Positions 1 to 12,950 of a stretch of DNA of 64,000 bases are shown piece by piece; the first letter of the stretch is position 1, and every line of letters starts with the position of its first letter. This DNA comes from Octopus sinensis (lineage: Eukaryota). The stretch spans positions 9,815 to 73,814 of the forward strand of contig NW_021833430.1 of NCBI RefSeq assembly GCF_006345805.1, written 5' to 3'. The position numbers and the translations under genes were made by a program. The notes under the pieces are model-generated. The model was given only the letters and a program-made list of their open reading frames with translations, was not told the DNA's origin and searched no databases.

Positions 1-76
1 GCTAACTAAAGCCTTTTGTGTGAATTCGGTACATAGAATCTGAAAGAAGCCCATTGTATGTGTGTGTGTGTGTGTG

Positions 77-127
<51 letters not shown>

Positions 128-444
128 TCCTTGTCTTGATGTGTCATAGTTGTTAAATGAATGTGACCATCATACAAACATTGTAATTCATTTTTCAACC
201 TATTATCAAAACGTGTCATAAAGAAAATATTGTCTTGCTTGGAAAACAAATGTGGCTCAATGAATTCTGTCTCACCTATGCAAGCATGGAAAAGTAGACA
301 TTATAACAATGATGATGATGACGATGATGAGTCTTCTAATGCTCTCTTTATTAAATATGTTAGCACTAATTTAACTTACGTGTTTCAGATGGTTGACATT
401 TTGGAATTATTTATTCTGTAAATGGTGTTATTTACTTAACCAGT

Positions 445-1317
445 GTACAATCTCGAACAATTAATTAGTTATCTCTTATCATTACTTTGGCAAACACACT
501 TAAGATTGTGCTTTGTGAGGAAGTCACAATAATCCTAAAACCTGTCTTGTCTTCTTTTATACTTCAGGGAGAAATAAAACTAATATTAGTCATCAATCAT
601 CATCATCATCGTTTAACATCCGCTTTCCATGCTAGTATGGGTTGGACGATTTTGACTGAGGGCTGGCGAACCAGATGGCTGCCCCAGGCTCCAATCTTGA
701 TCTGGCAGAGTTTCTACAGCTGGATGCCCTTCCTAACGCCAACCACTCTGAGAATGTAGTGGGTGCTCTTTATGTGCCACCGGCACGGGCGCCAGTTACT
801 GGCAATGACCTCGCTCGAATCTTTTTTACACGTGCCACCGGCACAGGTGCCAGTGAAGCGACGTTGGTAATGATCACGCTCGAATGGTGCCTTTTACATG
901 CCACGGGTACGGAAGCCAGTTGGCTGCTCTGGCAACGATCATGTTCGGATTTGCACCCTACTAACACATGCACAAGTGCCAGTAAGGCGACACTGGTAAT
1001 GATCATACTCGAACAGTGCCCTTTTATGTGCCACTGGCACAGAAGCCAGTTAGTCGCTCTGTCAATGATCGCACTTGTATGGTGCTCTTTGCACCCCGCT
1101 GGCACGGATGCCAGTCATCGAATTGATTTTGGTTTTGATTGATTTTGATTTCACTTGCCTCAACAGGTACAATCTTGAACATTTAATTAGTTTTCTCTTA
1201 GCATTACTTTGGCAAATACACTTAAGATTGTGCTTCATGAGGAAGTCACAATAATCCTAAAACCTGTCTAGTCTTCTTTTATACTCCAGGGAGAAATAAA
1301 ACTAATATTAGTCATCA
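445..1317. repeat. 151-bp direct duplication (445-595 and 1167-1317) flanking a SINE insertion
   Basis: GTACAATCT(C/T)GAACA...TAATATTAGTCATCA occurs twice with few mismatches, on either side of the element at 596-1166. Confidence 0.85.
596..1166 (-). mobile_element. SINE-like retroposon family C with (TGA)n tail (RTE-type 3' end)
   Basis: (CAT)n CGTTTAAC..CGCTTTCCATGCTAG..CTGGATGCCCTTCCTAACGCCAACCA, with internal tandem GTGCCAC/GGCAC subrepeats. Same family recurs at 9960, 10530, 12470, 12690, 16075, 18165 and 23380. Confidence 0.8.
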
Positions 1318-1449
1318 TTGACCTGCATTATTTTTTTCCTTGCAACATAATTATTTTCAGTTAAAAAATATGTCACAAACATATTTTAACTTACCTAAAG
1401 TTTGTGTTTATTCATAATCTCTATTTGGCACTGATACTGCTATATGTCT

Positions 1450-1760
1450 CGTAGAAGCGTCATCCAACCAAAGTACAAATATATGGGAAACTACCACCTG
1501 TATCATCTCTTGTGAAAGGTAGAAGAGTCCAGTTTGCTGGACATTGTTGTAGAGCTGAAAACGAGGTCATTTCTACTCTTCTCCTCTGGAAGCCATCTGC
1601 TCGCAATACCAGAGGGCGCACACTCTCCTACTCTGATATAATCTTCAGGCATACAGGCATCCAGCAGCAGGACCTCCGTAATGCTATGATGGACCATGAA
1701 GTCTGGCGTAACATAGTAAATTCCATTGTCTCGACCACGGTCAAACAATGATGATGATGA
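1450..1760 (+). mobile_element. 3' fragment of an RTE-clade LINE
   Basis: Translates RRVQFAGHCCR...LLLWKPS..RGR..SYSDII...AMMDHEVWRNIV, a typical RTE C-terminus, followed by a (TGA)n tail. Confidence 0.75.
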
Positions 1761-2114
1761 TACTATATGTATCCTGACCAGGTGGTTAAGTAGCACAACT
1801 CAGTCACTGATGTTGACTGTTTTTCTTTTTTTAAGGGAAAGCCACAGATTTGTATCTGTCCAGGGTTATTTTCCTTCGGTATTTCCCATGGAGAAAGGCT
1901 AAAGAGCTAGGAATGGCTGTCTAGGAATCTGATAGAGCAAGCCCTGGGCAAATACAGTGTTTTTACACATTTTATTACCATATGAAAGAATTATTTCTCC
2001 ATGGTAACTGCAGTGAATTTACCTTTAGCAGTCGAAATATGTCGCAAACATGTTTTAACTAACCTAAAGGTTGTTTATTTCTAATCACTGCTTGGCACTG
2101 ATGTTGCTATATTC

Positions 2115-2540
2115 TTCTACTTGTTTCAGTCATTTGACTGTGGCCATGCTACAGCACCACCTTGAAGGGTTTTTAGTCAAATGAATTGACCCCAATACTT
2201 ATTTCTTTTTTAAAGCCTGGTACTTATTCTATCCATCCCTTTTTGCTGAATTGCTAAGTTACTGGGATGTAAACACACCAGCACTGGTTGTCAAGTGGTG
2301 ATGGGGCGGGGGCGGGGGGCAAACACAGACACAAAGACACGCGCACACACACACACACACACATGTATATATATATACAACAAGCTTGTTTCAATTTCCA
2401 TCTACCAAATCCACTCGCAAGGCTTTAGTAGGCTTGAGGCTATAGTAGAAGACATTCACCTAAGGTGCCATGCAGTGGGACTGAACCCAGAACCATGTGG
2501 TTGGGAAGCAAACTTCTTACCATACGACCATGTCTGTGCC
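2115..2540 (-). mobile_element. tRNA-derived SINE family A (diverged copy)
   Basis: Aligns by eye with the copies at 4866 and 59290. Internal (CA)n. Confidence 0.8.
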
Positions 2541-2984
2541 GATTATCTGTTAACATTAATTTAACTATTATTTCTAGTGGCCAAAATGTGGTTCCCCCAA
2601 AGGATATCAGGAGTAATGTTACTAGACGGGGTGTGTATCTTGGAGATCAGGATGTCTCTCCAGGTCAAGCCACTGCCTCTCTGTATTAAGGAGCCACAGC
2701 TCTGTTACTATAGATATGCAATCAGAATGTTGCGGGAAAGAAACGCAAAACAGATTCTTCAAACTCAGCCAACTGGTAGATCAAAAACGAGATGGTTGGA
2801 TATGATATCCATAGTCTAAGTTGGTCACATTTAAGAATCCAGCTGAAAAAGTGTAATGGTGGTTGCTTCTGATTGGACCCTGTAGAGGAGGTACCTGAAG
2901 ACTCTACCCCAAAACTTTCACAAGAATAGTGGCTGGGTGGGTTGGCAGATGATGGAGGAAAAAGGGGACGAAAAGGAGGAGTGT

Positions 2985-3258
2985 TGTGAGTGGATTTGGT
3001 AGACAGAAACGGAAAGAAGCCCATAGTATATGTATATGTGTGTGAGTGTCTTTGTATCTGTTTGTTCCACTATCATTGCTTGACAACCGGTGTTGGTGTG
3101 TTTACATCCCTGTAACATAGCAGTTCGGCAGAGAGACTGATAGAATGAGTACTAGGCTTAAAAGTAAGTCCTGGGGTCGAATTGTTTGACTAAAACACTT
3201 CAAGGCAGTGCTGCAGCATGGCCGTAGTCAAATGACGGAAAACTAATGAAAGAGTAAA
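2985..3258 (+). mobile_element. SINE family A, 5'-truncated
   Basis: TTGTGAGTGGATTTGGTAGAC...CAGCATGGCCGTAGTCAAATGACGGAAAC tail. Confidence 0.8.
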
Positions 3259-3521
3259 ATAAACATTGTGTTTGACAAAATAAAATCTGAATGCTCAAGG
3301 GTTTAAAACTCATTTTTACTTCAATCATAAAAGATAGATAGTAAAACGAGAAAATGAAAGAAGACTGATCAAGCTGTAAAGAAGAATTCTGACTGAGCCA
3401 GGGCTAACCTTTGATATGTGTGGATGTAGAGCAATAAAACAATGAAGCCAATGTCTTTATAATGAAAAAAAATCTTTCTCGACCAGTGGGACTTGCCTGG
3501 TTTTGTTTATTCTGTTTCCAG

Positions 3522-3636
3522 TGGAATTGCGTGGCTACAGATATATCAAAAGAATCTCGCTATCTGACCCACGAAAATGCCCATCGATGCAAACTTGCAG
3601 ATCGAATCCAAATTATAGAGCATGACATCAACAAAG
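3522..3636 (+). CDS. HEMK1: HemK-family (release factor glutamine) methyltransferase, internal coding exon A
   Basis: tttccag|TGG acceptor and AAAG|gtaaac donor. Translates WNCVATDISKESRYLTHENAHRCKLADRIQIIEHDINK, matching the class I MTase post-I acidic motif (xTDIS...EN). Ends in phase 1, compatible with the next exon. Confidence 0.88.
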
Positions 3637-3728
3637 GTAAACATCTTGTTTCTCAGTTTACTACTTATTACTAGTGCGACTAATAATATGCTAATGACAG
3701 TAGTAGTAGTTGTGGTGGTGGTGGTAAC

Positions 3729-3764
<36 letters not shown>

Positions 3765-3767
<3 letters not shown>

Positions 3768-4395
3768 CTTCTTCTGTTCTCCTCTTCTTTGTCATCGTCA
3801 TCCTCCTCATCCTCTTCTTCCTCCTTGTCTGCTTCGTTGTCTTCTTCCTTGTCCTCTTTGTCCTCCTCTGCTTTGTCCTTTTCTTCTTCCTCTTTGTCCT
3901 CTTCCTTCTCCTCTTTGCCCTCTTCCTTCTCTTTGTCCTCTTCCTTCTCTTTATCCTCTTCCTTCTCCTCTTTGCCCTCTTCCTTCTCTTTGTCCTCTTC
4001 CTTCTCTTTATCCTCTTCCTCCTCCTCTTTGCCCTCTTCCTTCTCTTTGCCCTCTTCCTTCTCCTCTTTGTCCTCTTCCTTTTCCTCTTTATCCTCTTCC
4101 TCCTTCTCTACTTCTTCCTCCTCCTTCCCTTATCCCTCCTCCTCTGCTTCTGCCTCTGTCTCCACCATTCCCTCTTCTTCCTCTCTCTTTCTCCTCTCCT
4201 CTTCTCCCATCCTAACCGTCTCCCCTCATCATCTCCCCTCCTCCTTACCCTCTCCCCTTTCCTTCCTCCTCATCTCTTCCTCTTTTCCATTTCTCATCTC
4301 CCTTCGTCCTTGTCCTCATCTCCCCTCTTCCTCCTCTTCTCCCCTCCTCCTTGTCCTCTGCTTCCCCTCCTCTACTCCCCTCCCTCTCTTTTTAT
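3765..4395. repeat. Polypyrimidine/polypurine minisatellite (18/21-nt subunits, ~57-bp higher-order unit), preceded by (GATT)n
   Basis: About 630 nt almost entirely C/T on +, with CTCTTT(G/A)(T/C)CCTCTTCCTT units. Intronic. Confidence 0.9.
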
Positions 4396-4865
4396 TTTGA
4401 CAGAAGCTAAAACAGTTACAGCATGGAAGACAGAAAATCACATGTTAACCATCCAAAAACACACACAGACACTGTTAACTTCACTTAAACTATCAATTAT
4501 TTGGTGTCAAAACTTGTCACACCTATCTGCATGCAACCTGGTCACTGATACAGTTCTACCTTTACCAAAAGCTGATAGTGGATGTCATCTCTGTCTTAAA
4601 TTTTATCCTACTAGAATTTCTGATATTTTTTATTTTTTTAGCTAAAGACAACAGGTTCAAATTCAGGATTTCTAATTCATTTACTTCTGTGTCTAACTTT
4701 CATTACTAAAGGGAGCTTTTCTGGGATGTAGTGGTGGTTGAGGGGGGTTGTTTGACTTGCTAAAAATAGTATCCAATCCAATTATCCTTCTAATCACGTT
4801 TTATTGTCTTAACTAAGAAAGGTCATATTAAATAATGTAGACTGTATTGACTGTGATAAACTACC

Positions 4866-5393
<528 letters not shown>

Positions 5394-5731
5394 TATAAAT
5401 ATATAAAAAAAACCAGATGGTCAAAACTGGACTGCCTTTGATCATAACTCTGCTCAATAAGGGATAATCTGAGGCTGAAGAACAACAAGAATATAGGGAA
5501 GGATTGGTCCTGAAAGAGCGGCATTTATAGGTAAAGATTTAGGTGTGTTGAAAGAAAGTTTTATAATCAAAATCATAAACACTTGGACGTTAAAATGGCT
5601 GAAGTAACGATATTTAATTGTCTATACTTATTCTAGTTTCATTTAGTGGCCTGCTGCAGTACCGTTTTCGAATGTTTTACTTTAACATTTACTTCAGTAG
5701 ATCGCCTCGTATTTATTTATTTATATATATA

Positions 5732-6237
5732 CTAGCAGTATCGCCTGGCGTTGCTCGGGTTTGTAAGGGAAATAACTATATAAGCATTTTTAGAGAGTTA
5801 CTTCCCTTATAAATTCGGGCTTTCTTAGCCATTTTTGTTTTGGTGTCTTCAAGCCATGAAGTCGTTGTTCTAAAAGAACGCTGGTTTCCTTCACAACGCA
5901 TTACGACGTTGATTTCTTTACACTCCCTTCCCCACAGCTTCACGAGGGAGGGAAGGGGGAGAAGCAAACAGGTGCAGCTGTGGGCGTGGACGCCAACTCC
6001 GCCGCCATCGACATACGATGCATTTTATGCATTAAAATGGAATAAAAAATGATGTTAAATTATTTTTAAAATCGTAGACTCATCGTTGACGCGCGCTAAT
6101 AGTCAGACGGGCTCGATATGAATCACGACTATAAGATACCCGAATTTGGTTAAACTGCACTGCAAAATGTGGGAGGAGTTAGGCATCTAAATCGAAGGGG
6201 ACAGACACTCACACAACTAGAGTTTTATATATATAGA
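5732..6237 (-). mobile_element. Non-autonomous Helitron
   Basis: Minus strand starts TC(TATATATATAAAA) and ends with GC-rich hairpin CCCGAGCAACGCCAGG followed by CTAG. Inserted between A and T. Confidence 0.8.
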
Positions 6238-6404
6238 TTTATATATTTATTTATAGTCACGCCAAAAGACGGAAGTCATTACTTGTTAGGGGAAGCAACT
6301 GGGGCGATAAGGGGAGGCAACTTAGACATAACTGTCGCAAGATATTTTTGATGCGTTGATTTGACCACACACTCTGTGACTGCCTGCATGCCTGTCTGTC
6401 TCAC

Positions 6405-6405
6405 T

Positions 6406-6461
<56 letters not shown>

Positions 6462-6582
6462 CTCTCTCTCTTGCTCTCTCTCTCTCTCATGCTCTCTCTC
6501 TCTCTCATGCTCTCTCTTGCTCTCACTCTCTCATGCTCTCTCTCTCTCATGCTCTCTCATGTCTCTCTCTCTCTCTCTCATG

Positions 6583-6614
<32 letters not shown>

Positions 6615-6624
6615 TCTCTCTCAT

Positions 6625-6670
<46 letters not shown>

Positions 6671-6690
6671 GCACATACATACATACATGT
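6405..6690. repeat. Compound (CA)n/(CT)n microsatellite
   Basis: Direct inspection. Confidence 0.95.
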
Positions 6691-7254
6691 GATAAGCTTT
6701 CCACAATTTCTATCTGACTTTTTTGCTAATTTTTGGAGGGACAGAACCCACAACTTTTGCAAACCATATCGGCCTAGTTTCGATCGCCCTGTGCGGCTCT
6801 TTGGGCAATTTTTGAAAGTGTCTTAGCATCGCGCACCTTTGTTAGATTCTCACCAACTGACCCTTTTGTCACCAAATTTCTCTTGAAATACGCTGCCTTT
6901 GTTTCAATTCATTTTGTGTGGATGGATGGATTGAGGAAAGCTTTGGTGGTTAGAGGGCTTCTTTCAGTTTCCACCTACCAAATCCACTCACAAGGCTTTG
7001 GTCGGACCGAGGCTATAGGAAAAGACACTTGCCCAAGGTGCCATGCAGTGGGACTTAACCCAGAACCATGTGGTTGGTAAGCAAGCTACTTACCACACAG
7101 CCACTCCTACTGAGCATGAACTTTTTAATTTTCGTTGCTTACTTTCGTTACTTGACTTACTATTGTTTTCTGTCTCCTTGTTTACTTTTACAAGTTTTAC
7201 TGCACAGGAACATTGTATACAAAAAGTTTATTATTATTATTATTATTATTATTA

Positions 7255-7825
7255 CGACAGTGAGCAAGCAGAATCGTTATGCACCGGACGAAATATGTAG
7301 CAGTATTTCGCCTGTCACTACGTTCTGAGTTAAAATTCTGCTGAATCAACTTTGCCTTTCATCTTTTCAGGGTTGATAAATTAAGTACCAGTTGAGTACT
7401 GGGGTCAATGTAATTGACTGCCTCTTCTCCCCAAATTTCAGGCCTTGTGCCTATAGAAGAAAGGATTATTATTATTATTACTACTAAGGCAGTGAGCTGG
7501 CAGAATCGTTTGCATGCTGGACGACATGCTTAGCAGTAATTCGCCTGTCATTACGTTCTGAGTTAAAATTCTGCCAAGGTTGACTTTACCTTTCATCCTT
7601 TTGGGGTCGATAAAATAAGTACCAGGTGAGCACTGGGGTCGATGTAATCAACTCATCCCCTCCCCCAAAACTGCTGCCCTTGTGGCAAAATTTGAAACCA
7701 TTATTATTATTATTATTAAATTAAGTACCAGTTACGCACTGAGGTAGATATAATCGACTTAATCCGTTTGTCTGTCCTTGTTTGTCCTCTCTGTGTTTAG
7801 CCCCCTGTGGGCAATAAAGAAATAA
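7255..7825 (+). mobile_element. Cluster of SINE family B copies (tRNA head + Meta-like central domain) in (TTA)n tracts
   Basis: GAGCTGGCAGAATCGTT..GTTCTGAGTT..CTTTGCCTTTCATCCTTT..GGGGTCGATAAAATAAGTACCAG. Two near-full copies and one 3' fragment. Confidence 0.8.
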
Positions 7826-8069
7826 ATTATTATTATTATTTGCTTCCACTTATACCCAAACGTAATTTAGCAGTTTTATAGACAGAGATCGATCAAATTA
7901 ATACCGGACAGAAATAAATATTCGGGTAGATATGACCGGCTAAAAACGTTTGAAGGTTGTGCTCCAGCATGGCCGCAGTGCAATGCAAACTAGTAGAAGA
8001 ATACAAGAATAAGCAATGTTTTGTTCCAGTTTTCCCAATCTTGTATTTCCCCATTGTTTTGTTATGCAG

Positions 8070-8172
8070 GCGCAGAGAGATTGAAGGAGTTCTCTCCCTT
8101 CGACTTCCTTGTCAGTAACCCACCTTATATCAACGATAAAGATATGAAAACTCTTTTACCAGAAGTGAAATT
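8070..8172 (+). CDS. HEMK1: HemK-family methyltransferase, exon B with catalytic NPPY motif
   Basis: gttatgcag| acceptor and TT|gtaagt donor. Translates (G)AERLKEFSPFDFLVSNPPYINDKDMKTLLPEVK; FDxxVSNPPYI...LxPEV is diagnostic of HemK/PrmC. Confidence 0.93.
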
Positions 8173-8635
8173 GTAAGTTGACTGATTAGTATTTTCTTCC
8201 TTAAATGTTTTTGTATTATTATTATTATTTTTTTTTTTTTTGCGCCCTTTTAAAGCCTAGCCAGGCTCATGGGCCTGGTTTCCCGGTTTAAATGGCGTAT
8301 GTGTTCCCCAGCTGGACGGGAAGGCAGTCCATCGCGGCGTTACTCATTTTTGCCAGCCGAGTGAACTGGAGCAACGTGGTGGGACAGAATTCTACACTAG
8401 TAACTGCGTTGATTTTCTAGTTGATCTGAGAGTTTATCTCACATATCATTGATGTACGAGACAGAATCTCTGAAGAGAATGTCCTTAGGCATGGGTGGTC
8501 ACAGTTGGATTCCATTCATCCCTTGATTGTACCCTTCCTCTTCCTCACAGCAGAGAAATATCTGAAAAGGCTTTCCAGACTGCCTCATGTTACCGGCAGA
8601 CAAAATAGAAGAAGCAGAAGAACATATGAATAAAT

Positions 8636-9020
8636 TAGCTGTGTGGTAAGTAGCTTGCTTATGAACCACATGGTTCCAGGTTCAGTCCCACTGTGTGGCA
8701 TCTTGGGCAAGTGTCTTCTACTATAGCCTCGGGCCGACCAAAGCCTTGTGAGTGGATTTGGTAGACGGAAACTGAAAGAAGCCCGTCGTGTATATGTATG
8801 TGTATATAAATATATATATGTATGTCTGTGTCTGTCCCCCCAACATCGCTTGACAACTGATGCAGGTGTGTTTACATCCCCATAACTTTGTGGTTCGGCA
8901 AAAGAGACCGATAGAATAAGTACTAGGCTTCCAAAGAATAAGTCCTGGGGTCTATTTACTCGAATAAAGGCGGTGATCCAGCATGGCCACAGTCAAATGA
9001 CTGAAATGAGTAAAAGAATA
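8636..9020 (+). mobile_element. SINE family A
   Basis: GCTGTGTGGTAAGTAGCTTGC...GACTGAAATGAGTAAAAGA. Confidence 0.85.
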
Positions 9021-9034
9021 CATAACAATTTGAG

Positions 9035-9370
9035 GGTGCATGGCTCAGTGGTTAGAGTGTCAGGCTCACAATCATGGAGTAGTGAGTTCGATTTCTGGAC
9101 TGGGTTGCGTGTTGTGTTCTTGGGCAAGCTGCTTTATTTCACGTTGCTCCAGTTCACTCAGCCGTAGAAATGAGTCGTGATGTCACTGGTGCCAAGCCGT
9201 ATTGGCCTTTGCTTTCCCTTTGGGTAACATTGTTGGCATGGAGAAGGGAGGTTGGTATGCATGGGTAACTGCTGGTTTTCTATAAACAACCTTTCCCAGA
9301 CTTATGTCTTAGAAGGGAACTTTCTAGGTGCAATCCCATGGTCATTCATGTCCGAAGGGGGTCTTTACTC
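9035..9370 (+). mobile_element. tRNA-derived SINE (family D-like)
   Basis: TGGCTCAGTGGTTAGAG (A box), GAGTTCGATTTC (B box), TTGTGTTCTTGGGCAAG. Confidence 0.65.
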
Positions 9371-9615
9371 TTTATAACAATCAATTGAAGGAATTGTGTT
9401 TTGTTCTCTCACTGGCATCAGCTACCTTGAGGAAAACATCAGAGGAAACCAGCTACTTAGATGGCTTGATTGGTTTTTAGCCCCTACATCCAGTTCTGAT
9501 GATTGAGCAGCACATCAGAGGTGATTAGGATATCCTCCAGACTTTCCTCTGTGCTTTGATCTGACTGGTGCAAATTTAGAGAAATAGATAATAGGGATAA
9601 TGTATTGAATCATAT

Positions 9616-9655
<40 letters not shown>

Positions 9656-10529
9656 AGAAAGGTGGGGGGATAGTTGTCAAAATCTACCTCAAGTCGCTTC
9701 TCACTGTCTGAAAAAAAATATGCTTAGAAATAAGAAAAATTAAAATTAAAATTAAAAATACATTGGATAATTTAATCCTAGGTACACTATTTCTACAAAT
9801 AGGCAACAATAGAAGCAAAAAGGAAACAAAGAAACATGTAGGAGTTTCATGTCTGCAACATGTTTGATCAAAGGAGTTTCATGTAGGAATATGTTTGATC
9901 AAAGTATTACTAGATCAGTATTGACACCAGCAACATTAATATATGATGAAGAGAGTCATTATCATCATCATTTAGCACTCCTGTTCCATGCTGATATGGG
10001 TTGGATGATTTGATAGGGTTTGATGTGTCCAAAGACTGCATCAAGCTCCAATGTCTGCTTTAGCATGGCTTTTGTGGCTTGGATGCCCTTCCTAATGCCT
10101 ACCACTTTACAGCATGAACTGGGTGCTTTTTGTTTTGTGCCACCTGTACTAACGAGGTTGTCATGCAGTTTGCAGGACTACAAACCCTGGAGTTGGCAGG
10201 TGTGTGTGAATTCGTGCTATGAGACACGGAAATTATTATGAGGGAAGGGAACAGAGCTGCTTCCCGCAGAGAGATCTGCATGGCTGATCACGTTTAGTAT
10301 GGGAAAAGTGGAGTGGAAAGAAAAAGAAAAATTGTTATCAGTAGGAGCTGCAAGATGTAGATAATGGCAATAAAGTTTCAATAAAACTTTGTCTAACCTA
10401 TGCAAGCATGGAAAAGTGGATGTTAAAATGATGATGAAGTACTTCTAGGGTTCTGTGGTCAATGTTGGCCATTCATCTACACAAGTCGTCTTGCAGGTCT
10501 GAAACAAGTAAAAGGTAAGAGATATATAC

Positions 10530-10930
10530 ATCATCATCATCGTTTAACGTCTGCTTTCCATGCTAGCATGGGTTGGACGATTTGACTGAGGGCTGGCGAA
10601 CCAGATGGCTGCACCATGCTCCAATCTGATCTGAGAGAGTTTCTACTGCTGGATGCCCTTCCAAACGCCAACCACTCCGAGAGTGTAGTGGGTGCTTTTA
10701 CGTGCCACCAGCACTGGCAACAACCTTGCTCAGGCGGTACTGGCAACAACCTCGCTCGAATCTTTTACACATGCCACCGGCACAGGTGCCAGTAAGGCGA
10801 TGCTGGTAACGATCACGCTTGAATGGTGTCTTTTACATGCCACTGGCACGGAAGCCAGATAGCCGCTCTGGCAACAATCACGCTCAGATGGTGCTCTTAA
10901 CACCCTACTAGCATGGGGCTCGAGTGCCAG
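10530..10930 (-). mobile_element. SINE-like family C
   Basis: Close match to 596-1166. Confidence 0.8.
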
Positions 10931-11053
10931 TTGATATTATGAAGTTCATGAAATGCAGAAATAAACATACAAGACTCCTTGATATCATTAATTCTACAAA
11001 GAGTGCAGATATGTTCTTTTCTTTCTAATTGCACAATTATTTCCTTTTGTCAG

Positions 11054-11149
11054 TTACGAAGACCAACGAGCTCTACGTGGAGGAAAGGATGGATTGGATC
11101 TCATTAAAGCTGTTTTAAAGACAGCATGCCATCTGGTGTCTCCTTCAGG
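11054..11149 (+). CDS. HEMK1: HemK-family methyltransferase, exon C
   Basis: ttttgtcag| acceptor and GG|gtcagt donor. Translates (F)YEDQRALRGGKDGLDLIKAVLKTACHLVSPS(G), the HemK YEdxxALxGGxDGL motif. Phase 2-2. Confidence 0.93.
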
Positions 11150-11745
11150 GTCAGTATCATCTCTCTTCTTTTATCTTTTACCTGTTTCAGTCATTGGATT
11201 GCGATCATGCTGGAGCAAGTGACATCTTCTATAGTCTCAGACTGACCAATACTTTTGTGAGTGAATTTGGTAGATGGAAACATGATGGGCTTCCACACAG
11301 TTTCCATCTACCAAATTCACTTGCAAAGCATTGGTTAGTATTATCTCTCTTCTTTTATCTTTTACTTGTTTCAGTCATTGGATTGCGATCATGCTGGAGC
11401 AAGTGACATCTTCTATTGTCTTAGACTGACCAGTACTTTTGTGAGTGAATTTGGTAGATGGAAACATGATGGGCTTCCACACAGTTTCCATCTACCAAAT
11501 TCACTTGCAAAGCATTGGTTATCCTAAGGCTATAGTAGGGTTAGTATCATCTCTCTTCTTTTATCTTTTACTTGTTTCAATCATTGGATTGCGATCATGC
11601 TGGAGCAAGTGACATCTTCTATAGTCTTAGACTGACCAGTACTTTTGTGAGTGAATTTGGTAGATGGAAACATGATGGGCTTCCACACAGTTTCCATCTA
11701 CCAAATTCACTTGCAAAGCATTGGTTATCCTAAGGCTATAGTCGA
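11150..11745. repeat. Three tandem ~190-200-bp units of rearranged SINE A, each with a 21-bp perfect hairpin
   Basis: Units begin near 11150, 11335 and 11540. Each contains GTGAATTTGGTAGATGGAAAC-N18-GTTTCCATCTACCAAATTCAC. Confidence 0.9.
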
Positions 11746-11974
11746 TGACACTTGTCCAAGGTGGTGCACAGTGGGACTGAACCCAAAACCACATGGTTGC
11801 AAAGCAGGCTTCTTAAGCACGCAGCCATATATGCATCTGTTAGGTTAAAGTTTTTGTGATTGTTTTTGGAATTTTATCTTTTGTTTGTGAAATCTGTTGC
11901 AGATTGATATTTTGAGAATTCTCATGTTCTACAGATCCTTGTTTCTCTTCTTCTATGTCTATTTAATAAATATT

Positions 11975-12196
11975 CTTATTTCTTTATTGCCCACATAGAG
12001 GGGACAAACAAGGACAGACAAGGAGATTAAGTTGATTACATCGACCCCAGTGCGTAACTGGTATTTAATTTATCAACTCCAAAAGGATGAAAGGCAAAGT
12101 CGACCTCAGCGAAATTTGAACTCAGAACGTAACGGCAGACGAAATACTACTAAGTATTTTGCCCTGCGTGCTAACGTCTCTGCCAGCTCGCTGCCT
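11975..12196 (-). mobile_element. SINE family B
   Basis: Reverse complement of GGCAGCGAGCTGGCAGAGACGTTAGCA...AATAAAGAAATAA. Confidence 0.82.
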
Positions 12197-12469
12197 TATA
12201 TTTAATAAATATTCTGTTAAGCAATGTTTTGCTTTTTTTTTTTTGTATTCATTCATTAATAGTTCCTTTGACCCTATATGGAACATAGGGCACCAGCAAG
12301 AGATTGCCATCTGTTTTGATCTTTGGCAATAGATTGCAGTTGTCCCCAGGTGTTGTCCTCTCCCAGTTCCCCAGTTTCTGTGGATCTTATCCATGTTGTT
12401 TTTTATCTGCCCTACTTCTATCTCCCTTGGGTGTCCATTGGAGGGCTTAAAAAAAGAAAAACACGATTT

Positions 12470-12950
12470 TTTCGTGGCTGTTGCCAGTACCGCCTGACTG
12501 GCCCTCGTGCCGGCGGCACGTAAAAGCACCCACTACACTTTCGGAGTGGTTGGCATTAGGAAGAGCATCCAGCTGTAGAAACTCTGCCAGATCAAGATTG
12601 GAGCCTGGTGCAGCCATCTGGTTTGCCAGTCCTCAGTCAAATCATCCAACCCATGCTAGCATGGAAAGCGGACGTTAAACAATGATGATGATGATTTAAC
12701 ATTTACATTCCATACTGGCATCATTTGGATGGTTTGACAGGAACTGGTAAGCCAGAAGACTGCACCAAGCTCTACAATCTGCTTTGACATATTTGACGTA
12801 TTTCTTTGACATATTTTTTTGACATATTTGACATATTTCTGTGACCAGATGTCCTTCCTAATGTCAACCCCTTTACAAGGTGTACTGGGTGATTCTTTAT
12901 GTGGCACCAGCACCAGTGAGGTGACCAAGTAACTTGTGAGACAAGACCCC
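12470..12950. mobile_element. Tail-to-tail pair of SINE-like family C copies (+ 12470-12695, - 12690-12950)
   Basis: GGACGTTAAACAATGATGATGATG is directly followed by a reverse-oriented, more diverged copy. Confidence 0.72.

Noticed and set aside
1-3521. Upstream HEMK1 exon with the GxGxG SAM-binding motif
   Set aside because: Not found by eye in this interval. Presumed to lie 5' of the window.
3758-4645. 295-aa hydrophobic and 212-aa Ser-rich ORFs
   Set aside because: These are translations of a C/T minisatellite inside a HEMK1 intron.
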